Of a stretch of DNA of 64,000 bases, positions 11,503-21,077 are shown one piece after another. The translations under genes were made by a program, and so were the position numbers. Where the stretch lies: the NCBI GenBank assembly GCA_043805415.1, contig JAZDHZ010000034.1, positions 37,478 through 101,477 of the forward strand, read 5' to 3'. Origin of the DNA: Candidatus Omnitrophota bacterium. GTDB taxonomy: Bacteria > Omnitrophota > Gorgyraeia > B26-G9. Below the pieces are notes generated by a model. It did not search any database. It was not told where the DNA came from and was given only the letters and a program-made list of their open reading frames with translations. Numbering within the stretch: position 1 is the first letter of the stretch; each line of letters opens with the position of its first letter.

Positions 11503-11543
11503 TATTGAAGAGATAACTCTTTTTTAATAGTAAAGTCTTTATC

Positions 11544-11590
11544 CTAAGCCAAGATCTGTCAGGCATCTTGGCTTGGGTTATTTATATTGA
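11544..11590 (+). terminator. putative intrinsic terminator (AAGCCAAGAT/ATCTTGGCTT stem)
   Basis: A 10-bp stem with a 9-nt loop is followed by a T-rich tract downstream of the DUF1015 gene. Confidence 0.35.
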
Positions 11591-11685
11591 GTTAACTTTT
11601 AGGATATTGAATTAATTTGAAAATAAATTGACGCATATAAGTTTTAATCGGGAATGATTATAAGCTGGAGCAAATAAGTAAAATC

Positions 11686-12093
11686 ATGAAGAATGTGCTT
11701 TTTGTCTGTGTTGAGAATTCCTGCCGAAGTCAAATGGCGGAAGCTTTTTTTAAAAAATTAGCCGGATGTAATCTGCGGGGCTTTAGCGCAGGCTCTAAGC
11801 CTTCAGGAATTGTAAACCCCCTGGCAATTAAAGTGCTCAAGGAAAAAGATATTGATATTAGCGCGGCTGTTTCTAAAGGTTTTGCCCAATTGCCGATCAA
11901 ACAGTTTGATTATGTTATTACCATGGGCTGTAAGGATGTCTGTCCTCTTGTTCCGGGTAAAGCGAAAATAGATTGGCAGATACCTGACCCTAAAGACAAG
12001 GATATTGCTTTTTTTAGAATAGTTAGAGATGCCATAGAAAAACAAGTCAGAGCGCTTGTTGCTCATATATGCGATGATGCGTGCGGCAAATGA
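11686..12093 (+). CDS. arsC: arsenate reductase / low-molecular-weight phosphatase family (thioredoxin-coupled ArsC type)
   Basis: It has the N-terminal CX5R P-loop VLFVCVENSCRSQMAE. Length is 135 aa. Confidence 0.6.
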   Translation: MKNVLFVCVENSCRSQMAEAFFKKLAGCNLRGFSAGSKPSGIVNPLAIKVLKEKDIDISAAVSKGFAQLPIKQFDYVITMGCKDVCPLVPGKAKIDWQIPDPKDKDIAFFRIVRDAIEKQVRALVAHICDDACGK

Positions 12094-12210
12094 TGATATG
12101 TCAATAAATTAAAGTTGTCTTATTGTTGGCTTCCAGGTTTTTCGGTTTTATTTTCTTGAAAGTTGCCGCTTAAATTGTTTTGATTCGCTACTTTAATACA
12201 AGGATACTAT

Positions 12211-12807
12211 ATGACTAAAAAAAATAAAAAACTCGAAAATGAAAATATTTATGATTTTTTTGCTGAATCCGGCTTGCTTAAAAGAGTCAAGCGCAGCGGT
12301 TGGTGGGTGGTAGGCATAAAAGATCCGGAAAGCGTGGCTGATCATTGCTATCGCTGTGCTGTGATCGGCTATGTGCTTGCTAAAATGGAACAAGCTGATG
12401 CGCATACCGTTACAATGATGTGTTTGTTTAATGATTTGCATGAAGCGAGGATTAATGACGCGCATAAAGTGGCATCAACCTATCTTAATTACAGAGAAGC
12501 AGAAGATAAAGCTTTTTTTGATCAAATAAGGGATTTACCTGAATCAATCAGCAGGGAAATGGGTAATTGGCGCAAACAATATACAGAACAGAAAAATCCC
12601 GAAAGTATTATTGCCCGCGACGCGGATATTTTCGAATGTTTGGTGCAGGCAAAAGAATATTCAGACCAAGGCCATAGCCAGGCAAAGTTATTTTTCAAAA
12701 AAGCGCCGACTTTTTTAAAAACAAAAAGCGCTAAAAAACTATGGAAACATTTAAAACAATGGGATAGCAGCCATTGGTGGCAGAAAATCACAGAATTTGA
12801 AAGATAG
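12211..12807 (+). CDS. HD-domain phosphohydrolase (YfbR-like)
   Basis: It carries H..HD motifs (VADHCYRCAV..DLHEARINDAH). Confidence 0.55.
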   Translation: MTKKNKKLENENIYDFFAESGLLKRVKRSGWWVVGIKDPESVADHCYRCAVIGYVLAKMEQADAHTVTMMCLFNDLHEARINDAHKVASTYLNYREAEDKAFFDQIRDLPESISREMGNWRKQYTEQKNPESIIARDADIFECLVQAKEYSDQGHSQAKLFFKKAPTFLKTKSAKKLWKHLKQWDSSHWWQKITEFER

Positions 12808-12843
12808 ATTAGCTAATAGCTGATGGCTCATAGCTAATGGTCA
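12808..12843 (+). repeat. degenerate TAGCTAATAG/TAGCTGATGG tandem repeat with stops in all three frames
   Basis: The sequence ATTAGCTAATAGCTGATGGCTCATAGCTAATGGTCA lies immediately after the HD gene stop. The same family occurs at 12951-12973, 13239-13284 (inverted), 32179-32211 and 39335-39381. Confidence 0.6.
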
Positions 12844-13238
12844 AAAGCAGAGAACAGAAAACGGAAGACATAAAACAAATTACTAATTACTAATTTCTAA
12901 ACTCTAAATAAACTCAAATGACTAAAGCCGAAAACACAGAAAGAGCACTTGGCTAATAGCCGATAGTCAATGGTTTGGCAAAAATTCTCTTTGAGCGGCG
13001 CTTTCGAACGTAATTTTGACATGGAGGGCAAAATAGTGAGAACGCGCGGCTGAGACTGCACGATGCAGACTCAGGCTTAGCGAAAAGACGTGTTTTTGCC
13101 GGTAACCAGTTACGTGAGCAGCGATTAGGAAAAGCAAGAAGACAGAAAACAGAAAAAAGCAGCGAATCGGGATTAGGACTTAGGAATTGCAATTGTCCTG
13201 TGACCTTGTGACTGGTGACCTTGTGACCGAAAGTTTTT

Positions 13239-13284
13239 AACTATTGACTATTAGCTATTGACTATTAACTATCGACTATCAATG
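13239..13284 (-). repeat. inverted copy of the TAGCTAATAG-type degenerate repeat
   Basis: AACTATTGACTATTAGCTATTGACTATTAACTATCGACTATCAATG is the reverse complement of the unit family seen at 12808. It lies just upstream of greA. Confidence 0.55.
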
Positions 13285-13296
13285 AAAGGTATTGTA

Positions 13297-13767
13297 ATGG
13301 GTGACATTTTTTTAACCAGAGAAGGCTATGACAAGATAAAAGAAGAATACGATCTTTTGACTCAGAAAAGAAGACATGAACTTTCCCGGGCAATCGGCAC
13401 AGCCCGGGAGTTAGGCGATTTAAAAGAAAATGCTGAATACCATGCGGCTAAAGAAGCCCAGGGTTTAAATGAAGCGCGGATCAGAGAACTGGGAGATACC
13501 CTTAGCCGGTCAAGAATCATTGATAATGAAAATATTGATAAAGATAAGGTCTTGCTTGGGGCAAAAGTAAAGATCCGCATTGTTAGTGATAATGAAATAG
13601 AAGAGTATACGCTTGTTTCAGAAGCTGAGGCTGATTTTAATAACAATAAAATATCAGCAGCCTCTCCTTTAGGCCAAGGGATGATTGGGCATAAGGCGGG
13701 AGAAATTTTGCAGATAAAAATTCCTAATGGTTTTATGGTAGTGGAAATCCTGGAAATAAGCAGATAA
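13297..13767 (+). CDS. greA: transcription elongation factor GreA
   Basis: The coiled-coil N-terminus (LTREGYDKIKEEYDLL..) and FKBP-like C-terminus are typical of GreA. The start was moved to the ATG with an AAAGG RBS. The tracked TTG start lies inside the repeat. Confidence 0.85.
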   Translation: MGDIFLTREGYDKIKEEYDLLTQKRRHELSRAIGTARELGDLKENAEYHAAKEAQGLNEARIRELGDTLSRSRIIDNENIDKDKVLLGAKVKIRIVSDNEIEEYTLVSEAEADFNNNKISAASPLGQGMIGHKAGEILQIKIPNGFMVVEILEISR

Positions 13768-13771
13768 ATAT

Positions 13772-14755
13772 ATGAACAAAAAAGTTCGCGCCTTGGGATT
13801 ATTATCCGGCGGATTAGACAGTATTCTTGCAGTCAAAGTATTAGAGGCTCAGGGGATTGAAGTTACAGGTTTATCATTTGTAACTCCTTTTTTCGGCCCG
13901 CGGCTTGCCCAAAAAGCAGCGGATGATTTAAAGATCAAATTTATTATAAAAGACATTACAGCCGAGCATTTTAAAATGCTTAAAAATCCCTGCCATGGCT
14001 ATGGCAAAACAATGAATCCCTGTATTGACTGCCATGCTTTAATGCTGAATATCGCCGGAAAAATAATGGAAGAAAACGGCTATGATTTTATTTTTACCGG
14101 AGAAGTGATTGATGAAAGACCAATGTCGCAAACCCGGAGATCCCTGGAAGTCGTGGCGCGTTCATCAGGATATCAGGACTATGTAATCCGGCCTTTAAGC
14201 GCGAAACTGCTTGAACCCACAAAACTGGAAATAAGCGGCATTGTTGACCGGGAAAAACTGCTTGATATCAGGGGCAGATCGCGCAAGCCGCAGATCGCAT
14301 TAGCCAAAGAATTCGGGGTTAAGGATTATCCTAATCCTGCTGGCGGATGTTTGCTTACGGATCAGGGTTTTTCCAATCGGCTAAAAGAACTGCTGGGGAA
14401 AAACAGTGAGCCGGAAATAAAAGATTTAAAATTATTAAGCGTGGGCAGGCATTTTCGCTTAGGAGATACGGCTAAATTAATCTTAGGCCGGGATCAGACT
14501 GAGAATCAGACAATAGAGACTTTTTTCTCTAATAGCGACTATTTGCTGACTGCCAAAGACATTCCCGGGCCTTTGTGTTTATTGACAGGTGAAAACCTGG
14601 ACGCTTATATTGATAAGGCAGCGCATATCTGTGCTGCTTATAGCGATACTGATGAACAGGAACAATGCTTTGTGCTTATTGACCATGAGAACCAAAAGCA
14701 GGAAGTTCAAGTTATTGTAAATAAGAAAGACAGAACAGAACTTAGAATTAATTAA
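13772..14755 (+). CDS. ThiI-like PP-loop ATPase (tRNA sulfurtransferase family, no THUMP domain)
   Basis: It has the N-terminal SGGLDS PP-loop. NPCIDC..TGEVIDERPMSQTRRSL resembles ThiI TGE..GQVASQT. Confidence 0.45.
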   Translation: MNKKVRALGLLSGGLDSILAVKVLEAQGIEVTGLSFVTPFFGPRLAQKAADDLKIKFIIKDITAEHFKMLKNPCHGYGKTMNPCIDCHALMLNIAGKIMEENGYDFIFTGEVIDERPMSQTRRSLEVVARSSGYQDYVIRPLSAKLLEPTKLEISGIVDREKLLDIRGRSRKPQIALAKEFGVKDYPNPAGGCLLTDQGFSNRLKELLGKNSEPEIKDLKLLSVGRHFRLGDTAKLILGRDQTENQTIETFFSNSDYLLTAKDIPGPLCLLTGENLDAYIDKAAHICAAYSDTDEQEQCFVLIDHENQKQEVQVIVNKKDRTELRIN

Positions 14756-14770
14756 TAGTTCTATTACATA

Positions 14771-14812
14771 GAAAAAGCGGAAAGACTGGTGCTGAGTCTT
14801 TCCGCTTTTTAA
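14771..14812. terminator. bidirectional intrinsic terminator
   Basis: An AAGCGGAAAGACT..AGTCTTTCCGCTT hairpin is flanked by an A-run and a T-run. It sits between convergent genes. Confidence 0.6.
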
Positions 14813-14825
14813 TTAAGCATTATTT

Positions 14826-15149
14826 TTACGGTTTGTATGTTGGCGCGTGCAGCTCAGGAAAAGCTTTTAAATCCTCGCTTTTTCCCCATTGAGAAACCTT
14901 ATCATTTAAAAAGAATATTTGATAAGTAGCTTTTGTTTTCGGGTCAGTTACCTCCCACATCTCAAGAACATTACCAGTCGCGTCGACTTTTGAGGCTTTA
15001 GCAACAAAGGTATTGCCAATAAGGCTTCTGACCTCGTCTTTTTGCATGCTGATGGAAAGCCGATTAATTTTTTGCCCTACACCCGCGCATCCGGCAAGAC
15101 TTAAAGCTAAAGTTATGATAACGAAATATGAAAATATTTTGTTACGCAT
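14826..15149 (-). CDS. small lipoprotein
   Basis: It has a signal peptide with the lipobox LAGC. Confidence 0.5.
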   Translation of the reverse strand: MRNKIFSYFVIITLALSLAGCAGVGQKINRLSISMQKDEVRSLIGNTFVAKASKVDATGNVLEMWEVTDPKTKATYQIFFLNDKVSQWGKSEDLKAFPELHAPTYKP

Positions 15150-15626
15150 TGATTGTACTCCTTTCTTAGTGTTTAACTTGGCATGAAAATTGTTTATAAT
15201 TTACAACTAGTACTAAGCAATAATCATGCCATAAATACAACTTATTCCATGTAAAACAGGTTACGCATCTGTATGTATTTAAAAGTGTTAAGAGGAAAAC
15301 CTTAATTTATTTAAAATCCTCAAAAAAAACAATTAGGAAATATGAGAAAAATCTTTCTTAATTTGAAAAGTTCTTCTTAAATATTGTATTTATATATTAC
15401 TAAATTTTTTAATTTTGGCAAGAAATATGTTTAAATTCAGCAAGCGAAAATACAAGTTTTTTTCACAAATAAAACAGATAAAAGCTTAATTTGACATATT
15501 CAGCGGCTAAGGTTAAACTGAAAAGATGATTGGGCAGGGAGTAATCATTTAGAAATAGCTTTTTCTGTGGGATATTACTGGCGTGATTGTAATTAATAAT
15601 AAATTTGCAAATAAGGATAATAAATA

Positions 15627-16664
15627 ATGGAAAAAATTTCAAAAAAATATGAGACTGGGCAGAAGGATACAGACAGCCTGATAACTAAACTTGCCCAGCA
15701 ATCCAGCTGCCCGGAAACAGAATATTTACTGCGGCAAATGCTGACCACAGTGGCTAAATTAGGCAAAGAATCGCATGACCTGGCTGATCTAAAGATGATA
15801 AATAATACACTCAAGGAATTACGCTATGCTTTTAAAATATTCGCGCCTTATCGCGAGATTAAGAAAGTTATAATATTCGGCTCAGCAAGATCCAAGCAAA
15901 GCTCAGCAGAATATAAGCTTGCCGAACAATTTGCCAGAAAAATTACTGATAAAGGTTACATGGTGGTAACCGGAGGCGGTCCGGGAGTAATGGAGGCTGG
16001 CAATAAAGGCGCTAAATCCGCGATGGAGTTTGCCTTGAACATCAAACTGCCTTTTGAACAAGCCGCTAATCCGTATATTGATGAAAAAGACAAAATAATC
16101 AATTTTAAGTATTTTTTTACCAGAAAGCTGATGTTTGTTAAAGAAACAGACGCCACAGTGCTTTTTCCCGGAGGGTTTGGAACTCATGATGAGGGTTTTG
16201 AAATGCTTACCTTGATTCAAACCGGCAAAGCCCAGCCCCGTCCGATAATTTTAATGGAACCAAAAGGATTCTCATACTGGAGTCAATGGAAACGGTTTAT
16301 AACCAAGCAATTGGTTGGAAAAAAATATATTAATAAAGCGGATTTAAGCCTTTTTCAGATTGCGAATACTTCAAATCAGGCAGTTGCCTATATCGAGGAT
16401 TTTTATAAAGTATACCATTCAATAAGATATGTTCAGGGCTATACAGTATTGCGCTTAAACAAAGACATCTCCGATAAAACATTAAAAACCCTAAATAAAA
16501 AATTTAAAGATATATTAAAAGCAGGAACAATCAAGCGGAGTTTAGTAACAGATATAGAACATGAGCCAAAAGAATATCTGGATTTACCGCGTCTGATCAT
16601 GAATTTTAATCGCCATGATTATTCAAGGTTAATTGAATTAATCCACATGATTAATAAAGACTGA
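15627..16664 (+). CDS. LOG-family (TIGR00730) Rossmann-fold nucleotide-binding protein, PpnN/YgdH-like
   Basis: It has the motifs GSARS...VVTGGGPGVMEA and PGGFGTHDE. Confidence 0.65.
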   Translation: MEKISKKYETGQKDTDSLITKLAQQSSCPETEYLLRQMLTTVAKLGKESHDLADLKMINNTLKELRYAFKIFAPYREIKKVIIFGSARSKQSSAEYKLAEQFARKITDKGYMVVTGGGPGVMEAGNKGAKSAMEFALNIKLPFEQAANPYIDEKDKIINFKYFFTRKLMFVKETDATVLFPGGFGTHDEGFEMLTLIQTGKAQPRPIILMEPKGFSYWSQWKRFITKQLVGKKYINKADLSLFQIANTSNQAVAYIEDFYKVYHSIRYVQGYTVLRLNKDISDKTLKTLNKKFKDILKAGTIKRSLVTDIEHEPKEYLDLPRLIMNFNRHDYSRLIELIHMINKD

Positions 16665-16726
16665 TTTTAATGCCTGGATATGTTGTATTTACAGTATTTT
16701 TATAAATAATAATCAGGGAATGAATT

Positions 16727-17767
16727 ATGAAAAAACAAAACATTAAGAAAATACTTATTTTCGGCCATAGCAATATCGGCGATATTTGTTATGACATGGT
16801 TGTGGTTAATCCTTTAAGAAATGCTTTTCCCCAGGCAAAGATAAGTTTTATTACTTCGCCAAACGGAGTTGATATCGCGAATACAGTCAAGGGAATAGAT
16901 CAGATAATTGTTTTTGACAAGCATGGCAAAGATAAGGGCTTGTGGGGGTATTTGCGGTTTATGGCAATGATCAGAAAAGAAAAATTTGATTTTAGCCTTA
17001 TCCTGCGTGATGTGCAAATGCATTATTTTTTTAATATCCCAAACATATTAAAGTTTAAAAAGAATTCCTACCCAAACCAAGGGCTGCATTTAGCGCAAAA
17101 ATATCTTAAGTTTCTGGAAAGTCAGGAGATTAAAGCGCGAAAACCTGAGTTTGATTTTAAATTTTCTGATAATGATTTGCAATATGCTGATGATATTTTT
17201 AAGCAAAATAGCGCTGGGGATAATGGTTTACGTATCGGGATTATGCCTTTAGCTGCCTGGCCGCTTAAGTGCTGGCCAATTGATAATTGGAATTTACTAA
17301 TTGAAAAATTAGTTAAGCAAATGCAGGCTAAAGTTTTTTTATTCGGCAGAACAGGCTCAAGCGATTGGGATAAAGGGATTAAACAAAAGCTTTCCCCGAA
17401 AGCAATATCGCTTATTGATCAGACCACAATGTCTCAGTCAATGGCTTTGCTGAAATCGCTGGATATATTTATCGGCGCGGATACAAGCCTACTGCATCTT
17501 GCCAGCTGTATGGGTATTGAGACAATCGGATTATACGGTGCCACTGATCCGGATTTTATTTATCCCTTGTTCCACAAACAGAATATTGTTCTCTCAAAAG
17601 CAAAGCTAAAATGCCTGCCCTGTTATCCCGGGCCTGAGGGAGGAAGCTGCAAGGCAAATGAGCCGGCGGAATGTATGCAAGCCATATCCTGTGATCAGGT
17701 ATGGCAAAAGATAACTGAGGTTATAAATAGACAGCAAAATAAGCGGCATTCTAAGGAAAAGGCTTGA
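16727..17767 (+). CDS. glycosyltransferase family 9 (LPS heptosyltransferase-like)
   Basis: The N-terminus ILIFGHSNIGD and a Gly-rich C-terminal nucleotide-sugar-binding region match the GT9 architecture. Confidence 0.65.
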   Translation: MKKQNIKKILIFGHSNIGDICYDMVVVNPLRNAFPQAKISFITSPNGVDIANTVKGIDQIIVFDKHGKDKGLWGYLRFMAMIRKEKFDFSLILRDVQMHYFFNIPNILKFKKNSYPNQGLHLAQKYLKFLESQEIKARKPEFDFKFSDNDLQYADDIFKQNSAGDNGLRIGIMPLAAWPLKCWPIDNWNLLIEKLVKQMQAKVFLFGRTGSSDWDKGIKQKLSPKAISLIDQTTMSQSMALLKSLDIFIGADTSLLHLASCMGIETIGLYGATDPDFIYPLFHKQNIVLSKAKLKCLPCYPGPEGGSCKANEPAECMQAISCDQVWQKITEVINRQQNKRHSKEKA

Positions 17768-18591
17768 ATCACATGATGGTTATTGCTAAAACAACTGTAA
17801 CGATAATCGCGGGTTTAATTTTTCTGTTTTTCTATGCTCGTTATTTAGAAAACAAGAGTCTTTATTATCCGGTAGGTGAGATTTTTGATACTCCGGAGGA
17901 TATTAATCTTGAATATGAAAATGTATTTTTTTATTCAGAGGACAAAGTAAAATTAAATGCCTGGCTGATTAAAGCGAAAAATCCCAGAGCAACAATAATC
18001 TTCTGCCATGGCAATGGCGGTAATATAAGTCATCGCTTAGATAAAATAGATTTTTTTTATAACCTGGAGGTAAATCTATTTATTTTTGACTATCGCGGTT
18101 ATGGACAGAGTCAGGGAAAACCCAGTGAGAACGGGCTTTATCAAGATGTTCAAGCGGCTTATAAATTTATTAAAGATAAACAGCTGGGAGTTCCGATCAT
18201 CTTGTACGGGGAGTCATTAGGCGGGGCGATTGCCATAGATCTTGCGGCTAAAAGTGATTTTGCGGTTGATGGTTTAATCCTTGAAGGGGCTTTTAATAAT
18301 GTTAAGGATATGGCGAAACTTATTTACCCGCTCTTGCCAGCTGGTTTGCTTAAAACCAAGTTTGATTCGATTGCTAAGATTGCTAAGATAAAAGTTCCCA
18401 AGCTGCATTTTCACGGAAAAGCTGATGATATTGTGCCAATCGCTTTAGGCCGGAAATTGTTTGCCGCGGGAAATAGTCCGAAAAAATTTATTACTTTAGA
18501 AGGCAGTCATAATGACTGTTTTTTTATTTCCCAAGACTTAGCGCGCGGCAGTGTAAATGAATTTATCGATTCGCTGGCTGATCAACCCTAA
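17764..18591 (+). CDS. alpha/beta-fold hydrolase
   Basis: It has an HGNGGN oxyanion motif and a GESLGG nucleophile elbow. The C-terminus has Asp/His. Its start overlaps the upstream stop by 4 nt. Confidence 0.6.
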   Translation: MNHMMVIAKTTVTIIAGLIFLFFYARYLENKSLYYPVGEIFDTPEDINLEYENVFFYSEDKVKLNAWLIKAKNPRATIIFCHGNGGNISHRLDKIDFFYNLEVNLFIFDYRGYGQSQGKPSENGLYQDVQAAYKFIKDKQLGVPIILYGESLGGAIAIDLAAKSDFAVDGLILEGAFNNVKDMAKLIYPLLPAGLLKTKFDSIAKIAKIKVPKLHFHGKADDIVPIALGRKLFAAGNSPKKFITLEGSHNDCFFISQDLARGSVNEFIDSLADQP

Positions 18592-19882
18592 AGAATTCCC
18601 GGATTGCTTCCAGTTTTTTCTTACCTATACCCTTAACCTTAAGCAAGTCATCGACTGTTTTAAACGGTCTGGCGCTAATGATCTTATCAGCAGTGATTTT
18701 ACCGATTCCCTTTATAGCCATTAATTCTTTTTTAGTCCCGATGTTTAAATCAACTTGTCCCTGGGGTTCGATTGATTGGTTTGCTTTATTTAAGGCGGTT
18801 TGTTTAGAAGCTTGTTTTTGGTTTGCCCAGGTAAAAGGATCAGTTGAGAAGCTGGCGAAAATCGGCAGATGATCAGAGTAGCCTGCGCCTAAATGCATGC
18901 CTCTGCCATTTTTTTCTCTTTGCCATCTAAATATTTGCCCTTGGTTAAATAAATAGTTCGCAGTAAACCGGTCAAAAGAATTATCAAGATAAGAAATGCC
19001 TTTAGCGTCATAAAGTCCATGGCTCAAGATTATGGAATCAGGGCTGTTCTTATGTTCGGAAGCATTATAAGACCACCTTTTTGAAGCAGGGAGTTCCAGC
19101 CAGAGATTATACAGATACTTATTGTTTTTTTGTTTGCTGAGAAAATTTTCCGTTACCATCTTTGAATCAAGCGTGGTATTAAGAATATTATTTATCCCGG
19201 TCAGGCCTTTGGTATTATTAAACCGCTTGGAATTTTTAATGCTCTGATCTTCATTGTAATTAGAATTAAAATCCCCGAGAATAATAAAATCCGTATCAGC
19301 CGCAAGCGTATCAATATCTTTACGCAAGGCCAAAGCCGAGGCGATTCTTAAACTTTCCGGACCTTGTTTTGATTTCCAATGATTAATATATAAAATAAGC
19401 GGATTTGTTTCTAAAAAAACAGCAACTTTTAAAATATTCCTTACTTTGCTGTTATTAATCGGAATTTCCCAGGTTTTTGATATCGGGTATTTGGATAAAA
19501 CCGCGCATTTCACCACAGTGTTTTTGGCTTGGGCGATTTCATAATATGGATAATCCAAAGAATTTTCTTTCAATTTTTCCAATAGAAGTTTTAATACCTG
19601 CTCGGATTCGATTTCCTCCAAGGCAATAATATCGGCATTTAAATCCTTAATAACCTGGGCGATATTATTAAGCTTGATGTTTAAAGTATCCTGATTCCAG
19701 TTAAAGATATTATTGGGCAGATATTCAATGTATTCATTGCCGGAAGGCTCTAAATCAAACAGATTCTCAACATTATAAGTCGCGATTTTAAAAGTTTTAG
19801 CGTGCAGGGGAGCTGTAAACGCGAGAATAAACAAGAAGGTAATTAAAAAGATTAATTTATTTTTTAATATCAACATAAGCAA
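18563..19882 (-). CDS. secreted endonuclease/exonuclease/phosphatase (EEP) family nuclease with C-terminal ComEA-type helix-hairpin-helix domain
   Basis: It has a signal peptide and an EEP fold (NVENLFD..). The C-terminus ELMAIKGIGKITADKII..LLKVKGIGKKKLEAI is HhH. Confidence 0.65.
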   Translation of the reverse strand: MLMLILKNKLIFLITFLFILAFTAPLHAKTFKIATYNVENLFDLEPSGNEYIEYLPNNIFNWNQDTLNIKLNNIAQVIKDLNADIIALEEIESEQVLKLLLEKLKENSLDYPYYEIAQAKNTVVKCAVLSKYPISKTWEIPINNSKVRNILKVAVFLETNPLILYINHWKSKQGPESLRIASALALRKDIDTLAADTDFIILGDFNSNYNEDQSIKNSKRFNNTKGLTGINNILNTTLDSKMVTENFLSKQKNNKYLYNLWLELPASKRWSYNASEHKNSPDSIILSHGLYDAKGISYLDNSFDRFTANYLFNQGQIFRWQREKNGRGMHLGAGYSDHLPIFASFSTDPFTWANQKQASKQTALNKANQSIEPQGQVDLNIGTKKELMAIKGIGKITADKIISARPFKTVDDLLKVKGIGKKKLEAIREFFRVDQPANR

Positions 19883-19902
19883 TCAGTAATTAGTAAAGTT
19901 TA

Positions 19903-20394
19903 TTAACTCATTCTTAACTGTCTTAAAGCTTCTTTTGCCGCGCCTTTAATATTGGAAATCTCTTCTGGATTAGAAATTAATTCCTTTAATGCCTCAATAG
20001 CTGCTTTATCTCCGATTTTTGCCAGCGGGTAGATAACTGACCAGCGGACATGTTCGGATTCATCTTTTAAAGCCGCGCATAAATAGGGCACAGCGCTTTT
20101 ATCTTTAATCGCGCCTAATGCCGCGGCAGCCGCGCCCCTAACGCTTTCATCAGGGTCTTTTAATGCTTTAATTAAGGCTGGCACAGTGCATTTATCAGAC
20201 AGCCCTTTTTGAAAAGATTGGGCTACTGCCTGACGTACAGAAGAAGATTCATCATTTAAGAGAATCTTAATCAATTCCGGGATAATGGATTTATCCCCTA
20301 AGTTGGATAAAGACTGTATTGCTTGTTTGCGGGTAATCGGGTGGATGTCTTCTAAATCAATTAGTAATTCCGGGATATTCTTGTTATCAGCCAT
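19903..20394 (-). CDS. HEAT/PBS-lyase repeat protein
   Basis: It has tandem ~30-aa repeats of the form A.AL..I.D.S...VR..A. Confidence 0.65.
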   Translation of the reverse strand: MADNKNIPELLIDLEDIHPITRKQAIQSLSNLGDKSIIPELIKILLNDESSSVRQAVAQSFQKGLSDKCTVPALIKALKDPDESVRGAAAAALGAIKDKSAVPYLCAALKDESEHVRWSVIYPLAKIGDKAAIEALKELISNPEEISNIKGAAKEALRQLRMS

Positions 20395-20399
20395 TATTT

Positions 20400-20969
20400 T
20401 TATTGCCTTATTGGTTTTGCCGGAGGTGCTGGCGGCAAGGGAGGCGGAATATATATTTGCTGGCGTCTTATTGTTTGCATTAATTGCTGAGTTTGAATTT
20501 GCATCTGAGTATTTTGATAAAACTGATAGGTGCGGATAATTTCCATGGTTTTTCTATTTTCTTCTGTTTTGGTAGCTGTGTTTTGCAAACTGGCTTTATT
20601 TTCAAGCAGCTCTATTTGCTCTTGATCATATACTCCAAGATTTACAAGTTCTTTGAAGATTTTATCCGGGTCGTCTTCTGCCCAGAAATATAGCTCAGAG
20701 TCAACAAAAATTAGTACCCATTCTTCTTGGTTGCCAGAAATAGAACTGTTTTTTTTAAAACTATATTTCCAGAGTTCAACCGGGTAATTTTGCGAAGTAG
20801 TGCCAACTTGAATTTTTTCTTTGGGATCGCCCCAAAGTTCAATTACTGAACTTAAGGACAGGCTGTTTTGAAGTTGAGGCATTTTGGCTCTAGGAGCGCA
20901 GCTGCCAAGAATAAAACCAAATAAAATAAAAACACATAGAAATTTTTTCATATATACTGAATCTAACAT
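20400..20969 (-). CDS. lipoprotein with Pro-rich C-terminus
   Basis: It has a signal peptide with the lipobox LGSC and a C-terminal PPPLPPAPPAKP. Confidence 0.45.
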   Translation of the reverse strand: MLDSVYMKKFLCVFILFGFILGSCAPRAKMPQLQNSLSLSSVIELWGDPKEKIQVGTTSQNYPVELWKYSFKKNSSISGNQEEWVLIFVDSELYFWAEDDPDKIFKELVNLGVYDQEQIELLENKASLQNTATKTEENRKTMEIIRTYQFYQNTQMQIQTQQLMQTIRRQQIYIPPPLPPAPPAKPIRQ

Positions 20970-21077
20970 AAAAAAATGTAATTGTCAAAGAAACCGGCCG
21001 CGGAGCAAGCTATCATTATTATGACATCAAGTTCAAATTCACGAAAAAAGCGGAAAAAAGATAGCGCTTTGAAAAGC

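Noticed and set aside
12953-13192. 79-aa minus-strand ORF in the HD-gene/greA intergenic region
   Set aside because: It has low-complexity composition and no RBS. It lies in a repeat-flanked non-coding interval.
15150-15626. Long AT-rich intergenic region as a mobile element or ncRNA
   Set aside because: It has no repeats, inverted termini or structured elements. It is most simply a divergent promoter region for the lipoprotein and LOG-family genes.
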